Both the position numbers and the translations under genes were made by a program. Below, in pieces: positions 26,851 to 39,766 of a stretch of 64,000 nucleotides of DNA. Position 1 is the first letter of the stretch; each line of letters begins with the position of its first letter. The notes below the pieces were generated by a model. It saw nothing but the letters and a program-made list of their open reading frames with translations, made no database searches and was not told the origin of the DNA. Source of the stretch: Phaeosaccion multiseriatum (Eukaryota; Protista; Ochrophyta, other classes); the NCBI GenBank assembly GCA_965112735.1, contig OZ218956.1, forward strand, positions 1,364,001 through 1,428,000, read 5' to 3'.

Positions 26851-26992
26851 TTCCGTAACGCTTCCTCAATTCCCGTCGTCAGAGCGCGCACTAAAAGGCT
26901 GGCACTTGCCCCGTCCGAGAGACCGTATGCAAACACTCTCCCGCAGGAAGAAAACCCCGCAACCCGCTCACCATCTGTCTGTCTTTCCCTTT

Positions 26993-27329
26993 CTATTTGG
27001 GCTTGGCCCCCGGGGGCGGCTCCCAGGACGTTTGGTTGTTGTTGGTGTCGAAGAAGTAGACCCGATTGGTGCGCGAAGAGCGGCACAGCTGCCACCCCGC
27101 CGGGAGGATCCAATCCTCCGTTGCAGCACCTCCTTTAGGCGGCTGCTGCTGCTGTGCCTGCTGCTGCTTTTGCTGCTTGGCCTGCTGTTGTCGTTGCTGC
27201 TGGACCTGCTGCTGCTGCTGCTGCTGCTGCTGCTTCTTCTGCGCCTCCTCCTGCTTCTGCTGTTGCAGCTCGTGACTCTTGTCCTGCTGCTGCTGCTGCT
27301 GCTGCTGCGGCTGTTTCTGCTGCTGCTTC

Positions 27330-27363
<34 letters not shown>

Positions 27364-30300
27364 TCATCCTCAGCTTTTGTCGCTCCTGGAGCTTTTGTCT
27401 CTGCTCCTCTCGCTTCTTCTTCTGCAGCAGCAGCATCTGCCTCTGCTGCTCAGAGGGAGACTGCTGCGGCCCACCACCGCTGCCTCCTCCCTTCGCCGGA
27501 GAGGAAGGAGAGCTCTGAGAGGAAGGAGAGGTCGGAGAGAGGGATGGATGCGGCGGGGCGGCCTTGAGCTTCGCCGGAGAAGTGTTCGCAGAGCGGGGCG
27601 GAGGAGGGGGAGGGCGAGAAGACGGGCTGCCGCCAGCCCTCTGCATCGGAGACCCGGGAGGGGTCGAGGTGGGCGTGTGTGGCGCGAACCCTTTCTCTTC
27701 CTCCCCGGAGGGCGCGGCAGACGCAGGCAGTCGGCCTCCCCTTGATGACGCCTGTGCCAGGGCCTTTTCGAAGGGATCGTGCACCACCACTGCTGCTGTA
27801 TCACCAACTGGTGCTGCTGTTGCTCCTTTTGCTGTTACTGCTCCTGCTGCTGCTGCTGCTGCTGCCGCCGCCGCTGCCGCCACCGCTCCTCCCCCCATCC
27901 CGCTCTTTTCCGCAAGTGGAGTGGAGCCAAAGGCCGAAGAGAACGGCTCAATTCCTCCCGTCCCTGATGCAATGGACGGCCCTCCTCCCCCGCCCCCTGC
28001 TGCGGCTGCTGCTGCTGCATCTGCAATGGCACCTGCCAGCCCCCCCGCCCCTCCAGCAGCACCTCCAGCAGTTGGTGATACAGTGGCGCCTTTCCCAGCC
28101 GCAGCGCCTCCCCCAGTCCCTGCTGCTTCATCCTCTCGGGAGGAAGGCCGCCTGCGCTTTCTGCCCCCCGCAGCTCTCGATAGCTCAAGCTTCGGCAGCC
28201 TCTTCCTGTCCTCCTCCGTCAGGGCCTTGCCACTCCATCGGCCTGACACGGCCGACACCGCCACTGCTGCTGAAGGAGAAGAAGAAGAAGAAGTCGATGA
28301 AGACTCATCGCCATTCAGCCGCAGCGTTGGCGGTGGAAGAGGAGAGTCTGGCCGGGGAGAGTCGGGCGGAAGGAGGGAGGAGGAGCTATCCGAGTCAGGG
28401 TCCGAGTCCGAGTCCGATTCCGATTCGGATTCCGAGTCCGACAAGGATGACGACGTGGAAGCCGGTTTGAGAAGCGCCGCAGCTTCGTTGGCGGCTTCGT
28501 CATTGAGCCCCACCACCATGGACATGGCATCGGAGCCATTGCCCACCGGGGAAGAAGGCGCCATACCCACTCCCATGGCACGTCCTCGGGCGGCCCTGGA
28601 GCCCCTGCCGAACGGGTTGCCGAAGTTGACGGTGAGCTTCCGTCGCATGATGCCCTTGTGGGGGAGGGTAAGAGAGAATGGAGAAGAGGATAACAGGACA
28701 GATTAAGATAGCGGAAGAGGAAAGAGAGCATACTCACCCACCCACTCACTCACCCACTCACCCACTCACGCACCCACGCACCCACGCACCCACCCATCCA
28801 CTCACCCAGCCACCCAGCCACCCAGCCACCCAGCCACCCAGCCACCCACCCACTCACCCACCCACACTCCCACCCTCCCACCCACCCACCCCCCCCCCCC
28901 TCTCCTCCGCCCTACCTGCGGGGTGTCCTCGTCCGGTTCAGCCTCGCTGAAGGGGTCTCTCAGGAGGTCTTGTCTCTTGAGAACCTCGGTGTAGTTACTC
29001 ATGTCAGAAGGCTTCTTGACAGGGGCCAGAGACCTTGCACACTCGCTGAGCATGTGCAGCCCCACTACAGCGGAGTGCTGCTGTATCACCAACTGCTGCT
29101 GCTGCTGCCGCCGCTGCTGCTGCAGCTGTGCCGCCCTGCCGCTCCCGTCTCCTCCTCCCCCGGACGATGACGATGGCCTAATACCCGCTCCTCTCTCCCC
29201 TCCCCCGCCCCCCTGTCCGCCAAACAGCCCGCTCACAGTCAGTCCTCCACCGCAGCCAAACACCTGCTTCCGCATATCCTCCCATGTTTGCAGCAAGCTC
29301 CCCACGGGAATGTCAAACACGCTCTTGTATTGGGATGGTGGTCCGCTCTCCATCGCTGCCTGGTGCTGCTGCTGTGACTGGCTGAGGGCAGTCCCTGCCG
29401 CCAGGCCACCTTTCGAGCGATCAGAGCCACTGCCACTGCCGCCACCGCCGCCGCTTTTCTTATTACTGGTGCTGCGTGATGCCTTGTTCCGTGGGGAGAG
29501 AAGGAAGAACCGGGGAGAAAAGAAGGGGGGGTGGGAACGGGTACTAACCAAACTTCAACTATCACCAAAATGAAGAGAGGCCCACAAGCTAACGCCCCTC
29601 ACTGGTGTCATATCATCTTTTTCTCTCTTCCTGTCTCTCCCCTGTGCAGCTATCTCTCTGTCGCTTGGATTGGATTTGGCCCCAACCTCCTCTCCCTCTC
29701 TCTTCTCTTCTCCCCTCCTCTTCCCCTCCCTCTCCCTCCCCCCCCCCCTCTCCTTCCATCCTCCCCCCCTCCCTTTTCCTCCCCTCCTCTTAAAGCTGTG
29801 TCTCACCTTCATCTGCTCCAGTGTTGAGTGCTCCGCCTTTGCCTGCTCTCTCAACCGTTGGATCTGAAAGCATCACAACACACACGTAACAGGGGAGAGG
29901 GGAGGGGGAGGGGAAAGGGGTGAAGCAAAAAGACATGATGCGCAGTTCTAATCTCACGGTATGAAGCCTCACAAGGCCGACTCTACTGTGGACTACCAAT
30001 TTGTCTGCCAACATTGTCGGAGCCATTCCCTCTCTGCCCGTCGCTAAATCATTCTTCCCTCAAGAGAACAAGCCCCAGCAACGCATCGCAGCCCCACCCA
30101 CACACACACACACACACCCACCACCCCTCCCCTCACTCACGCACTCACTCACTCACTCGCTCACTTACTCAGTCACCCAAGCAGTCAGTCACCCACTCCC
30201 TCACTCACTCACTCTATCACCCACTCACTCCCCCACCCACTCACTCCCCCACTCACTCACTCTCACTCCCCCACTCACTCACTCTCACTCCCCCACTTAC

Positions 30301-33300
30301 TCACTCTCACTCACTCACTCACTCACTCACTCTCACACACTCACTCACTCACTCTCACTCACACACTCACTCACTCAGTCTTATTCACTCACACACTCAC
30401 TCACTCACTCTCACTCACTCACCCACTTTACTCACCTTGCTCCCCACTTTCTTGCTCTGAAGGTGCTCCGTTCTGTCCGGCACAAGGCTGGAGAGGCCAC
30501 CTATCCTCCCCAACACCTTCCGCAGCCCGACATTGTAGTAGGAGGGCGTGTAGCTGAGGTATTGAGAGAATTCACTGCGCCACTGCTGCGGCAGCATGGA
30601 CAGAGCTTGGTGCTGCTGCTGGCCGGAGGAGGAGGAGGTGGCGAACTCAACTTGCTTCAAGAGCTGCAGGAGTCTGTGAATCAGTGAGTGAGAAAGTCAG
30701 TCAGTAGGACAGTCAAGGCAGTCAGTAGGACAGTGGAGAGAACACTAGTAGCCCCCCCCCACAGAACATAGGTCGGGCGGGCTCGACACAGTCCACACGG
30801 AAGCAAAGCACGTCGAAACCGCTCGCTCCCTCGGCGTCCCTCCAGACAGTTGGCAGCCCACGCCCCCCCACCCAAGCCCTCTCAGATGGCAACTCATGCA
30901 CATCACCACTCACTTCGGGTAGTTGTAGGGAAGCACCACGAGCATGGCCCTGCCCGCTGCGGTGGAGCTGGGCTTGAGAAAGCCGAACGGCTCCCCCCCC
31001 CCCGGGGGCCCTTCAAGGTTCCTCCCGCTGCCAGGCACGTACACCGGCCAACGAGCGCCACGTGGTAGACACGGTTCTTGTTGTTGCTCTCCTCGCTCTG
31101 CTCGAGGCCTCCCTTCCTCTCCCTCTTGGCCCCCCCCTGCTGCTGACCCTACAGCTCCTGTTCCTGCTCCTCCTTCTCCCCCTCTCCCTCCTCCTGCTAC
31201 TGCTGCTGCTGCTGCTGCAGCTGCCGCCGCGGCAGCTGCGGCCTCCTGTGCGTCCTCGTCTCCTCCCTCGAGCCACTCGATCTCGTACCAGTCCAAGGGG
31301 AGCCCCAGGCGGTCCGCCGCGTCGGCGAACTGCAGGGCGGGGTCTGTGTCTCCTGCCTTGAGCTCACGGTACAGGAGGTCCTGGGTGGGACCGAGGCAGG
31401 GTGGCGGGGACAGGGTGGCACAGTTAGTGGGAGTACGAGCAGTCGTAGAGACGTAGTAGTAGTATTCGGAATAGTAGGAGTAGGTAGAGGGAGTGGAAAT
31501 AGTAGTAGTAGTAGAAGTGGTAAAAGTAATAGTAGAAGTAGGAGTAGTAGTAGTAGAGTAGTAGTAGAAGTAGTAGTAGTAGCAGTGGCACCCCATAGAA
31601 AAAAAGGCAGTCTGTCCGTGCGTCCGTCCGTCTACCCGCTCCTCCTCACTCACCGGTTGGGCCTCCGCTCGATTGGGTAACACGTCCGTGTTCCGGTCCA
31701 CCCAAAAGCCCTCAGGTATGGGCCAGTTGCCCGCGTTGGCCCGCACCACCAGCATGGCACGCTTCCTCTCCACTTTCTCTGGAGCTGAGCTGGCCTCTGC
31801 CGGCGGCCCCTGCTCGCCGCTCGGCCCCACAGACTGCTGCTGTATCACCACCTGCTCCATCCCACTGCTGCTGCCTGGGGTACCTGCCGTTCCCTCGATC
31901 CCGCCTTCTTCCATCGCCACGACGCTCCTCAAGCCGTCGTCGCCATCACTGAGAGGAGGCACCCCTGCAGAAGGTCGAGGAGGGAGCAGCACATGGGCGT
32001 GAGAGGGGGGAAGGATACAAATCCACTTGACATCTACGCACCGCCTTTGATGATAATAGAAGGGCATGGTATTGCATACCACATACAAAGAGTCTTCTCT
32101 TCTCTTCTCTTCTCTTCTCTTCTCTTCTCTTCCTGTCCTTCTTCCTTCTTCTTGCCTGCATCGCCCGGGTGGAACGCCCGGAGCGCCACGACAGGCCCAT
32201 GGCGTTTCATGAGGTGAAGAATGGTGTCCAACTGCTGCACTTGGCCTCCAATGTTGAGGCTCACACCCGCCCAACCGCCCTGTCGCCGAGGACAAGAAGG
32301 AAGGACAGTTCCACAGTCCACACGAGAGAAACAGAACAAAGGGGCCAAAGAAATGAGCAAGGAGTAGACGCCCTAGCACAAAAACCACACGCACACACGC
32401 ACCCACACACACACATGGGGTCGGTACACGCGCACATGAAACTCAGTTCGTGAGTCTGTGCGCTTCTCCCTCCATTGCCTCCATCCCTCCCTCCCTCCCT
32501 CTCCCCATACACCCCCCTCCTCCTCTCTCACCGTTTCCTTACTCAGCGCTCGGAGGCAAGCCGGGACCTCCTGGCCAGCCTTGGATGCGAGCACCAGCGT
32601 GAAGAGTCGCTGGTCCCAGCGATAGGGCACGTCGATGAGCTCCGCCGCAGGCCCCTGCGAGTATGCCGCCTGCAGGCTCTTCCAGGACTGCAGCGCCGAT
32701 AGCTCGGCGCCGATGGCGGACACTTGTGCTGCTGTATCACCAACTACTCCTGCCGTTTCTGAGGTGGCAGCGGTCTTCTCGCCTCTCCCGCCTCCTCGTC
32801 CTCTTTTCCTGCCCTTCCCTCTTGTTGTTCCTTGTGCTGCTGTTGCTGCTGCCCCTTCTCCAGATGTTTCGGTTTCCAGCCCCGCCCTTGCGGCGCGTCC
32901 TGGCCCCTCTTGCTCTTGGACTGCTTCGTCCTCTTCTTCAGAATAGTAGTCGTCGTCGTCATCGTCTTCCTCATTCTCTTCATCGACCCCTTGCCCGTCT
33001 TTCCCCGTGTCCAGTAGTCGCATCTGCTGAGCAAATGCATCGCGAGGGCGCCCGCTTTCCTCGTTGACAGCTCCGGCATCGCCTTGTGCGTCACCCTTCA
33101 CTCTCGAGCCAAGGGGTGCAGCAGCAGCAGCCCCCGCCGCTGATCGAACAGAGGCAAACGGGTTGCTGGCGCTGCTGCTGCTGCTGCTGCTGCTGCTGCC
33201 GTCAAAGCTGGCCAAGCGCTTCCCGTCAGTAATGACTATACAAGTGCCCAGCTCAAGACTCCACGGCGTATGCCCCCGTGCCCAATTGTCCGCATGGGTC

Positions 33301-34101
33301 TGCAGACGGTTCTGGCTCATCAAACGGAAGGCCTGGGCGAGAGCGTGTGCTGGAGGAAGAGGATGGGAGGGAGAGGGTGAGGGTGAGGGTGAGGGTGAAC
33401 TTGGGAGGGGAGCAGGGTGTACTCATCGTTGTCCAGCCTTCAGAGCAAGATGTGCATTCACCCATTCCTCCACTCCCACATCCACTCACTCATTGACTAC
33501 TTCGCCACTCAGTGATTCACCAATCCCCCACCTCCCTCTTGTCTTCTGTTCACCTCTCACTCACTAACCGACCCACGTATTTTTTTCCATCCCACTACCT
33601 CATCGACTCGCCCCCTCCCTCGACCCCTTAGGCACCCACCCACGTTCATTCACTCATTCGCCCCCCCATTCACTTACTCCCTTTTCTTCCCCCCCCCACA
33701 TTCACTCTACTCACCCAAGTTGCCTGTGCCCCTAGCAACGAGATTCCTCAGCTGCTCTTGGAATTGCTCGTATCCGTCCCCCCAACACGTCTTGAGGCAG
33801 TCCGCGCCCCCCTCGGTGGTCAGCAGGAGGAAGTGCTCCCCCCCTCGTGCCTTGGCGATCTGCTTGGGCGTAGCATTGACAAGGGAAGGATAAGGAGCGC
33901 CAGGAGAGATGTTAGAGGGCGGACATGCCGTGTGGGTGGGATGAGACATGTGAGGATTATCCCCCCTACCTGCTCCACGGCGCCCTTGGCCAGGTCCAGC
34001 ATGGTGAGGCCATTGCACGTCTTGGTGTTCATTGTGTCACTCGTATCCACGACGAAAACAAGCGGCTTCTTGGGGCCCGAGGGTGGGGCGTAGGCGAACA
34101 T
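26993..34101 (-). CDS. INTS6: Integrator complex subunit 6 homologue (vWA domain) with a C-terminal WW domain
   Basis: LVFVVDTSDTMNTKTCNGLTMLDLAKGAVE, NRLQTHADNWARGHTPW, IVITDG, PYRWDQRLFTLVL, GNWPIPEGFW, EPFGFLKP..LVVLPYNYP, MSNYTEVLK and NFGNPF match INTS6/DDX26 blocks in order. The last exon ends in LPAGWQLCRSSRTNRVYFFDTNNNQTSWEPP. Confidence 0.88.
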
Positions 34102-34265
34102 ACTGATACTGCTTCTGCCGCCGCTGCTGCTGCAACCCTTCTCTGCTCTCCCCCCTCCTCCCCGGTTCCCTCCCACCAAAATTAAGCAAGGTTTGTGGGG
34201 GTGTTGGTTCTTTTCACAGATGGCGAGAGGAGATGATTTTGATTTCTCGAACGGAAAAAAAAAGG

Positions 34266-35985
34266 ATGAGGTTCGCTGTGGTGAGCTTCAACGCCAATAA
34301 TGCCCCTGTGACGCCAGAGGCCTGCGAAAAGCTCTTCGCTGGCATCGCTGGGGATGATGAGGAAGGGGGATTCGACGCCGTAGCCGTGGGTCTTCAAGAG
34401 TGTGGCGAGCGACCTCGAAGACTCATCCCGCCCATGCCCAGGGAGTACTTTGAGAAGGAGGAGCAGGAGCGACGCCGAGTGAATGCAACACATGAGAAGG
34501 TTGGCGGTGATGAGGGCGACGGCATTAATTATGGGGGTTTTTTGAGGGGCGACGAAGCGGGCTGCGAGGATCTTCTCAGCGCGGTCCAGGACCGGCTCGG
34601 GTGGTGCGACCTGGCGGCTGATGTGGCTATGGGGGAGCCCAAGTCCAAGGATGTGGAGGAACCGGCAGCAGGGGTCGGGTGGTACGGCTTCATCCGACTC
34701 TTGGTCTTCCTGAGGAAAGGTGAGGGGGAGTCACGTGGCACGGGTGGGTGTGGGAGAGTATTTTTTCTTGTACATGGAACAAGTCTGCCCTTTTTCTCTG
34801 CGCATGACAGATTTGTGCCTCCCTGCCTCCCTCTCCATCACGACTGTCTGCTCCCTTCTTTCCTCCTGCCTCCTCGTCTCAGGGAAGTATCCAAATCCCG
34901 ACATCACCACAATGGTCCTACCTCAGGGGGACAAGGAGAGTCACTTGTGTGACAAGTACGGGGGTGTTGGTTATCCCCCCAACAGGGCGCCTGACAAGGG
35001 AGTGGTAGCCGTGCTTCTGGGCTGTGAGGGCTTGCTCTTGGTCAACGGACATCTCTGTGGCACCAACAAATACTGCGTGTCGGAGGCTGTGTTTGATGAG
35101 GTGAGACTGCAGCAGCTCAAGGGGGTGCAAGCAGGCTTGGAGCAGTGCTTGCCTCCTCTACCACCAGCAGCAGAAGCAGCAGCAGAAGCAGCAGGAGAAG
35201 CAGCAGCAGCAGTTGGTGATGCAGCAGCAGGCGGAGCTGTGGGCCGGTGTCGACTGGTGCTCCTGGGGGATCTGAATTTCCGCGTCGAGGTGTTTTCACA
35301 GCCTGACGCCAAGGAGAAGGGCGGGCAGGATTTCCAAGCCGTCGTACGTCTACTCGAAGGTGCAGGAGAAGGAGGGGGGCAAGGTGGGGGTGAGGAGGAG
35401 GGCCAGCAAGCAGCGATTGGCTCCCGGGCTGCCGCACAGACAGAGAGTGCAACCGCCAAGACACTGAGACAGCTGTACCTCGAGAATGACCGGCTTCGGG
35501 CCCTCATGTCCGAAGGAGGGCCTCAGTGCCCGGAGCTGCTACGGGGATGCATAGACTGCCTGGGCGAGGCCTTGATGAAGGCCGCTCCGGGACAAGAGCA
35601 ACAACAACAACAACAACAACAACAAGGTGCAGACAGCAGCAGCACGAAGACGGGCAAAACCAACGGCAACCCCAATGCCCATGCCCCTGCCCATCCTACG
35701 GACCATGCCCCGGCTCTGATATTCCCCACCTTCACCTTCCGGCCCAACGCTCCGTGTCCGCGGCGTTACAACAGCAAACGCACCCCCTCCTGGACCGATC
35801 GTATCTTGCTTCGCGGTTTCCGCCCCCGCGCCTGCGAGTTCCGTTCGGTGAAGGACCTTTTGATTAGCGACCATGAGGCCGTAACATGCACATTCGGACT
35901 GGACTCTTGGGGACCCACCGACCCCGAGGAGCAGTTGGTGATACAGCAGCAGGAGCAGCAGCAGCAGCCTGAGCAACAGCGGTAG
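34266..35985 (+). CDS. Inositol polyphosphate 5-phosphatase (EEP fold), exons 34266-34719 and 34883-35985
   Basis: VVSFNAN, VAVGLQE, DKGVVAV, LLVNGHL, LLGDLNFRV, FPTFTF, KRTPSWTDRIL and ISDHEAV. Phase-1 GT-AG intron. Confidence 0.9.
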
Positions 35986-36118
35986 GCAAGCAAGCGCCTG
36001 ACTGGACTGAACAGACAACCTTGAGATGTTGCTGAATCCGGAAATCCGTACTTCTGATCTTTAAAATAAAGTGTTGTGTGTTGGAGCAAAATTCGGGACC
36101 TCGACGTACACAATGCCC

Positions 36119-36377
36119 CTCCTCCGAAACAGCCACGCGAGCGCTTTAACAACCCAATTTAACCACCCAAGAAGAGAAGCAGAGCGATCGATGCCTTGGC
36201 TCCAGCAGAGGGGACCCTTTGGAGGACGGGAAAGCCTGTGCTTTTGCGCTTCATGTATTCATAACAAAGCACACGGGTTTCTCATCTCCGAAGACATCCC
36301 TCTGCGGGAGCCAATAGGTACAACTCGGCGTCTCGTGTTGGGTGGCTGGGGTGACTCGCGCGGCTGTCTCGGAGGGG
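36119..36377 (+). ncRNA. Long imperfect fold-back hairpin 1 (candidate pre-miRNA)
   Basis: Core stem 36196-36244 pairs with 36266-36314. Further stems are 36161-36184/36324-36347 and 36119-36141/36355-36377. Confidence 0.5.
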
Positions 36378-36390
36378 TGTGGGGGGATGG

Positions 36391-36547
36391 AGGAGAAGCA
36401 GTTTCCCCTTGGCTCCTGTAGAGGGGCGCTTTGGGGGTTTGTAAAGCCTTGCTTTCACTTGATATTATATTCATAGCAAAGCACGGGTTTACCGATGGTC
36501 TCGAGGGTACCCCTTTGCTGGAGCCACAGTACTAATTGCCTTCTCTT
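36391..36547 (+). ncRNA. Hairpin 2, paralogue of hairpin 1 (candidate pre-miRNA)
   Basis: Core 36410-36455 pairs with 36478-36526 using about 9 G:U pairs. Basal stem GGAGAAGCAGTT/AATTGCCTTCTCT. Confidence 0.55.
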
Positions 36548-36647
36548 TTAAAGCTCTCTTTCCTACCTGGTATGGCTAATGAGCTTCTCTATTTCTAATA
36601 AGCTTCTCTAGTTGGAGCTCTCTTCCATGAAAAGATAAAAGGAAAAT

Positions 36648-36860
36648 ATGTGTGGATGTATGTATATATGTATGTGTGTATGTATGTATGTATGTATGTA
36701 TGTATGTATGTATGTATGTATGTCTATATGTGTGTGTATGTATGTGTATGCGTATATGTGTGTATGTATGTATGTATGTATGTATGTGTGTATGTATGTA
36801 TGGATGTATGTATGCATATATGTATGTATTGTGTATGTATGTCTAGATGTGTGCATGTAG
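36648..36860. repeat. (TATG)n/(TG)n compound microsatellite, intergenic
   Basis: Directly visible. Confidence 0.9.
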
Positions 36861-36908
36861 CTATGTAAATACATGTATACAACATGTGCGTGTGCGACTT
36901 GCTTGTGC

Positions 36909-39733
36909 TCAGTCATCATCCTCAAAGACCTCCACCCCCTGCGAGTAAAGCAAGGCCGGCAGGAGGAAAGTAGACACCACGCCCTGGAGACTGAGCGAGA
37001 GCGCTTGCACCCACCCCAAGGGCCCCCCAGCCACCGATTGGAACGCATCTGAATCGTTGCAGTCGGGCACGGAGGCGGGGAAGTACCAGCCCCAGGGAGG
37101 AGCCACTCCGAAGTGCTTGTAGCAGAGTTGCAGGGCGGAGAGCGCTTGGATCTCGGAGGCCTTGTTGGTGGCGGAAAGAGTGTGGCCTGAGAGGGGTTGG
37201 GGGGGAGGGAGGGAGGAGAGGGAGGAAGGGAGAGAGGGAGGAAGGGAGAGAGGGAGGGAGGGAGGGAGAGAGGGAGAGAGGGAGGGAGAGAGGGAGAGAG
37301 GGAGGGAGAGAGAGAGGGAGGGAGGGAGGGGGTGTAATGTGAGGAGGGGTGCGCTACTGGCCGCAGGAGATGTGCGGGGCTTGGCTGCTACTGCTGTGCT
37401 CCTTGCCCATGCCCCTTGCTTCTCACCGCAGTAGTGGATGCCGCTCTTCCCATTGAGACCTCGTCCTCCTCCTCCTTCTGTCTTGTCAATCATCATCGCT
37501 TCCCTCACTCTCCGATAGGCGGGGGTTGCTCTGACCCAGGGATAGCTGGTAGAGGCAACAATGCCGGCCCCTTCCCCTTCCCCTTCCCCTTCCCCTTCTT
37601 CGCCTGCTCCTTGCTGCTCCATCCCTTCTCCAACTTCAAGCCCAAGGCCGCCTTCTGTCCTGCTTTGTGGTGGTCTATCTCCGTCCCCGCCTCGACCTGA
37701 ACCTTTTGCTACGCCTCGTTGCCGCATGTCGCCTCCTGCTGCTGCTGCTGTATCACCAACGGCTGTATCACCAACTCTCGCACCGTCGCGCCCTCCCTTT
37801 CCTTCTTGCCCTCCCAAGGCCCTCCCCAGCAAGATTCCGTGGTGCGGTGTGCCCCTCGGATAGGACACGGACAGAACGGGCACCCCAGCCCCAGACAATC
37901 CCTCCGGGGCCGGAGGGGAGATCTCCGAAACATCGAACAATCCGAAGACGGCTGCGGCAGTCGAAGTGGCGGTGAGGGGGAGGACCAGTGGAGACACAAG
38001 AGTTCATAGTACAGTCGGAGTCGCGGCGAGGGGGAGGACACGTGGACGCACAAGAGCACAAAGTACACACACAAGCACACAGTGCGTAAGCACACAAGGA
38101 GAAAAAAGAAGAGAGGGGGAGGATAGAGGGAGAGGAGAGAGAGAGAGGTCCAGGAGAGAGAGAGAGGTCCACTGATTACGTCAGCGAGAGTGTCATGATG
38201 TCTATTGGGGTGATGAAGACAAATAGTGACGCGGGGTTGCCTTCAAGGAAGAGAGGCCGTCAGGAGAGGAGAGGAGCAAGAAAGGACAAACGCGCAGGGT
38301 GGAGAGGCGTCAGGAGAGGAGAGGAGCAAGAAAGGACAAATGCGCAGGGTGGAGAGCGTCTCACGTTCGTGTCGGTTGTCCCACTTCACCTCCTTCGCAT
38401 CTCCTTCGCTGACGGGGGGGGAGGGGAAGGCGGGCCATCGAGAAGAAGAAGGACGGAGGATAGTCACTGACAACATTGGGGGGAAGGGGGGGGGGAGGGG
38501 GGCACGATGGTAGAGGGAGAGGAAGAGGCAGCGGAGGAGGAGGAGGAGGAGGAGGAGGAGGAGGAGGAGGAGGAGGAGGAGGAGGAGGAGGAGGAGGAGG
38601 AAGGAAGGGCAGGAGTAAGAGCAGAGTGCGAGACGATAGAGACGCAGGGCGAGGAGAGAGAGTGATGAGGAAGATCAGACTCTCGACGATATAAAGTGAG
38701 TTAAGGCCGAGATTCTAGATGATATGCGTGGATAACTACCTGCCATCGGGGGGCAGAGGGGTAGGGGGGAAGGTGCAGGGCGGAAGTGGTACGCGTGAGG
38801 GAGGAGGTAGAGCAGCGGTGAGGGAAGAAGGCAGAGCAGCAGTGGTATGCCCAGTCACACACCACTCAACAAAATGCAGCAAGCAGACGTACCAGTGACC
38901 GCATCGCTTTGGATCTCCCCCAGGACCCGTCTGTGCTCTTCAAACGCCGCCTCCTCCGGCGAGAGAAGAGACCGCGCAATGTGGGGATGAATGGACAAGA
39001 TGACGTCATCGAAGTGTTCCTCTTCGGCCGTAACAGTGACCCCGCTGCTACTTGAGGGGGTGGAGTAGTGGACAGTAAGACAGCTACCATTTCCTCCTCC
39101 TCCTCCTCCTCCTCCTCCTCCAGCTGCTCCGGAAGCCCCTCCTCCTCCCCTGGTGATGCCCCCTACCTCCGCCCCGAGTCGCACCTCTCCGCCACGCTCC
39201 TCACACCCCTCCTTGAGGCCATCGGCAAGCTTGGTGTAGTCCGTGACATAGTACGCCGCCAGGGGGTCTCCGGTCTTGTCTTTCAGGCCCTGTAGGGGGG
39301 TGGGCCGGGGGGGGAGGGGAGGGTTCGGACGGGCTTGGCTGGGAGGAAGAGAGGCCCAGCTCAGGGGGGCAATGCATCAATACATTGACATATATGTGTG
39401 GACAGTGATCACATTCAAACTGCTCCCATCCCCCTCGCCCGCCTCAGCTGTACGCTCACCTGCTCCAAGCCATCGATATGCGCCAGCACCAACGGCAGGA
39501 CCTTGGGAGGCGCCCTCTCCATGGCCAGCCTGCGGTACAGACTGAAGGGGGAGGCAAGGGAGAGTGAGAGGCCGACATGTCAGTCTTCGCTTGATGAGGG
39601 CCTCCGAGTTGGGGCATGGATGTACATGTGACACTTACTCACCCGAGGATGCCCGCGTCGATTTTGGAGGGTAGACGGCCCTCACACAAATCAAGCACCA
39701 GATAGCGGAAGAACACCTGTGTTTGGCCTCATC

Positions 39734-39766
<33 letters not shown>

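Noticed and set aside
26369-28706. Long + strand Leu/Ala-rich ORFs
   Set aside because: Antisense shadows of the CAG-rich INTS6 last exon.
36119-36547. Hairpins as SECIS elements or a TPP riboswitch
   Set aside because: No AUGA/GA quartet core or TPP-type CUGAGA motif seen, and the upstream phosphatase has no in-frame TGA.
38251-38356. 50-bp tandem duplication
   Set aside because: Ordinary intronic slippage with no further structure.
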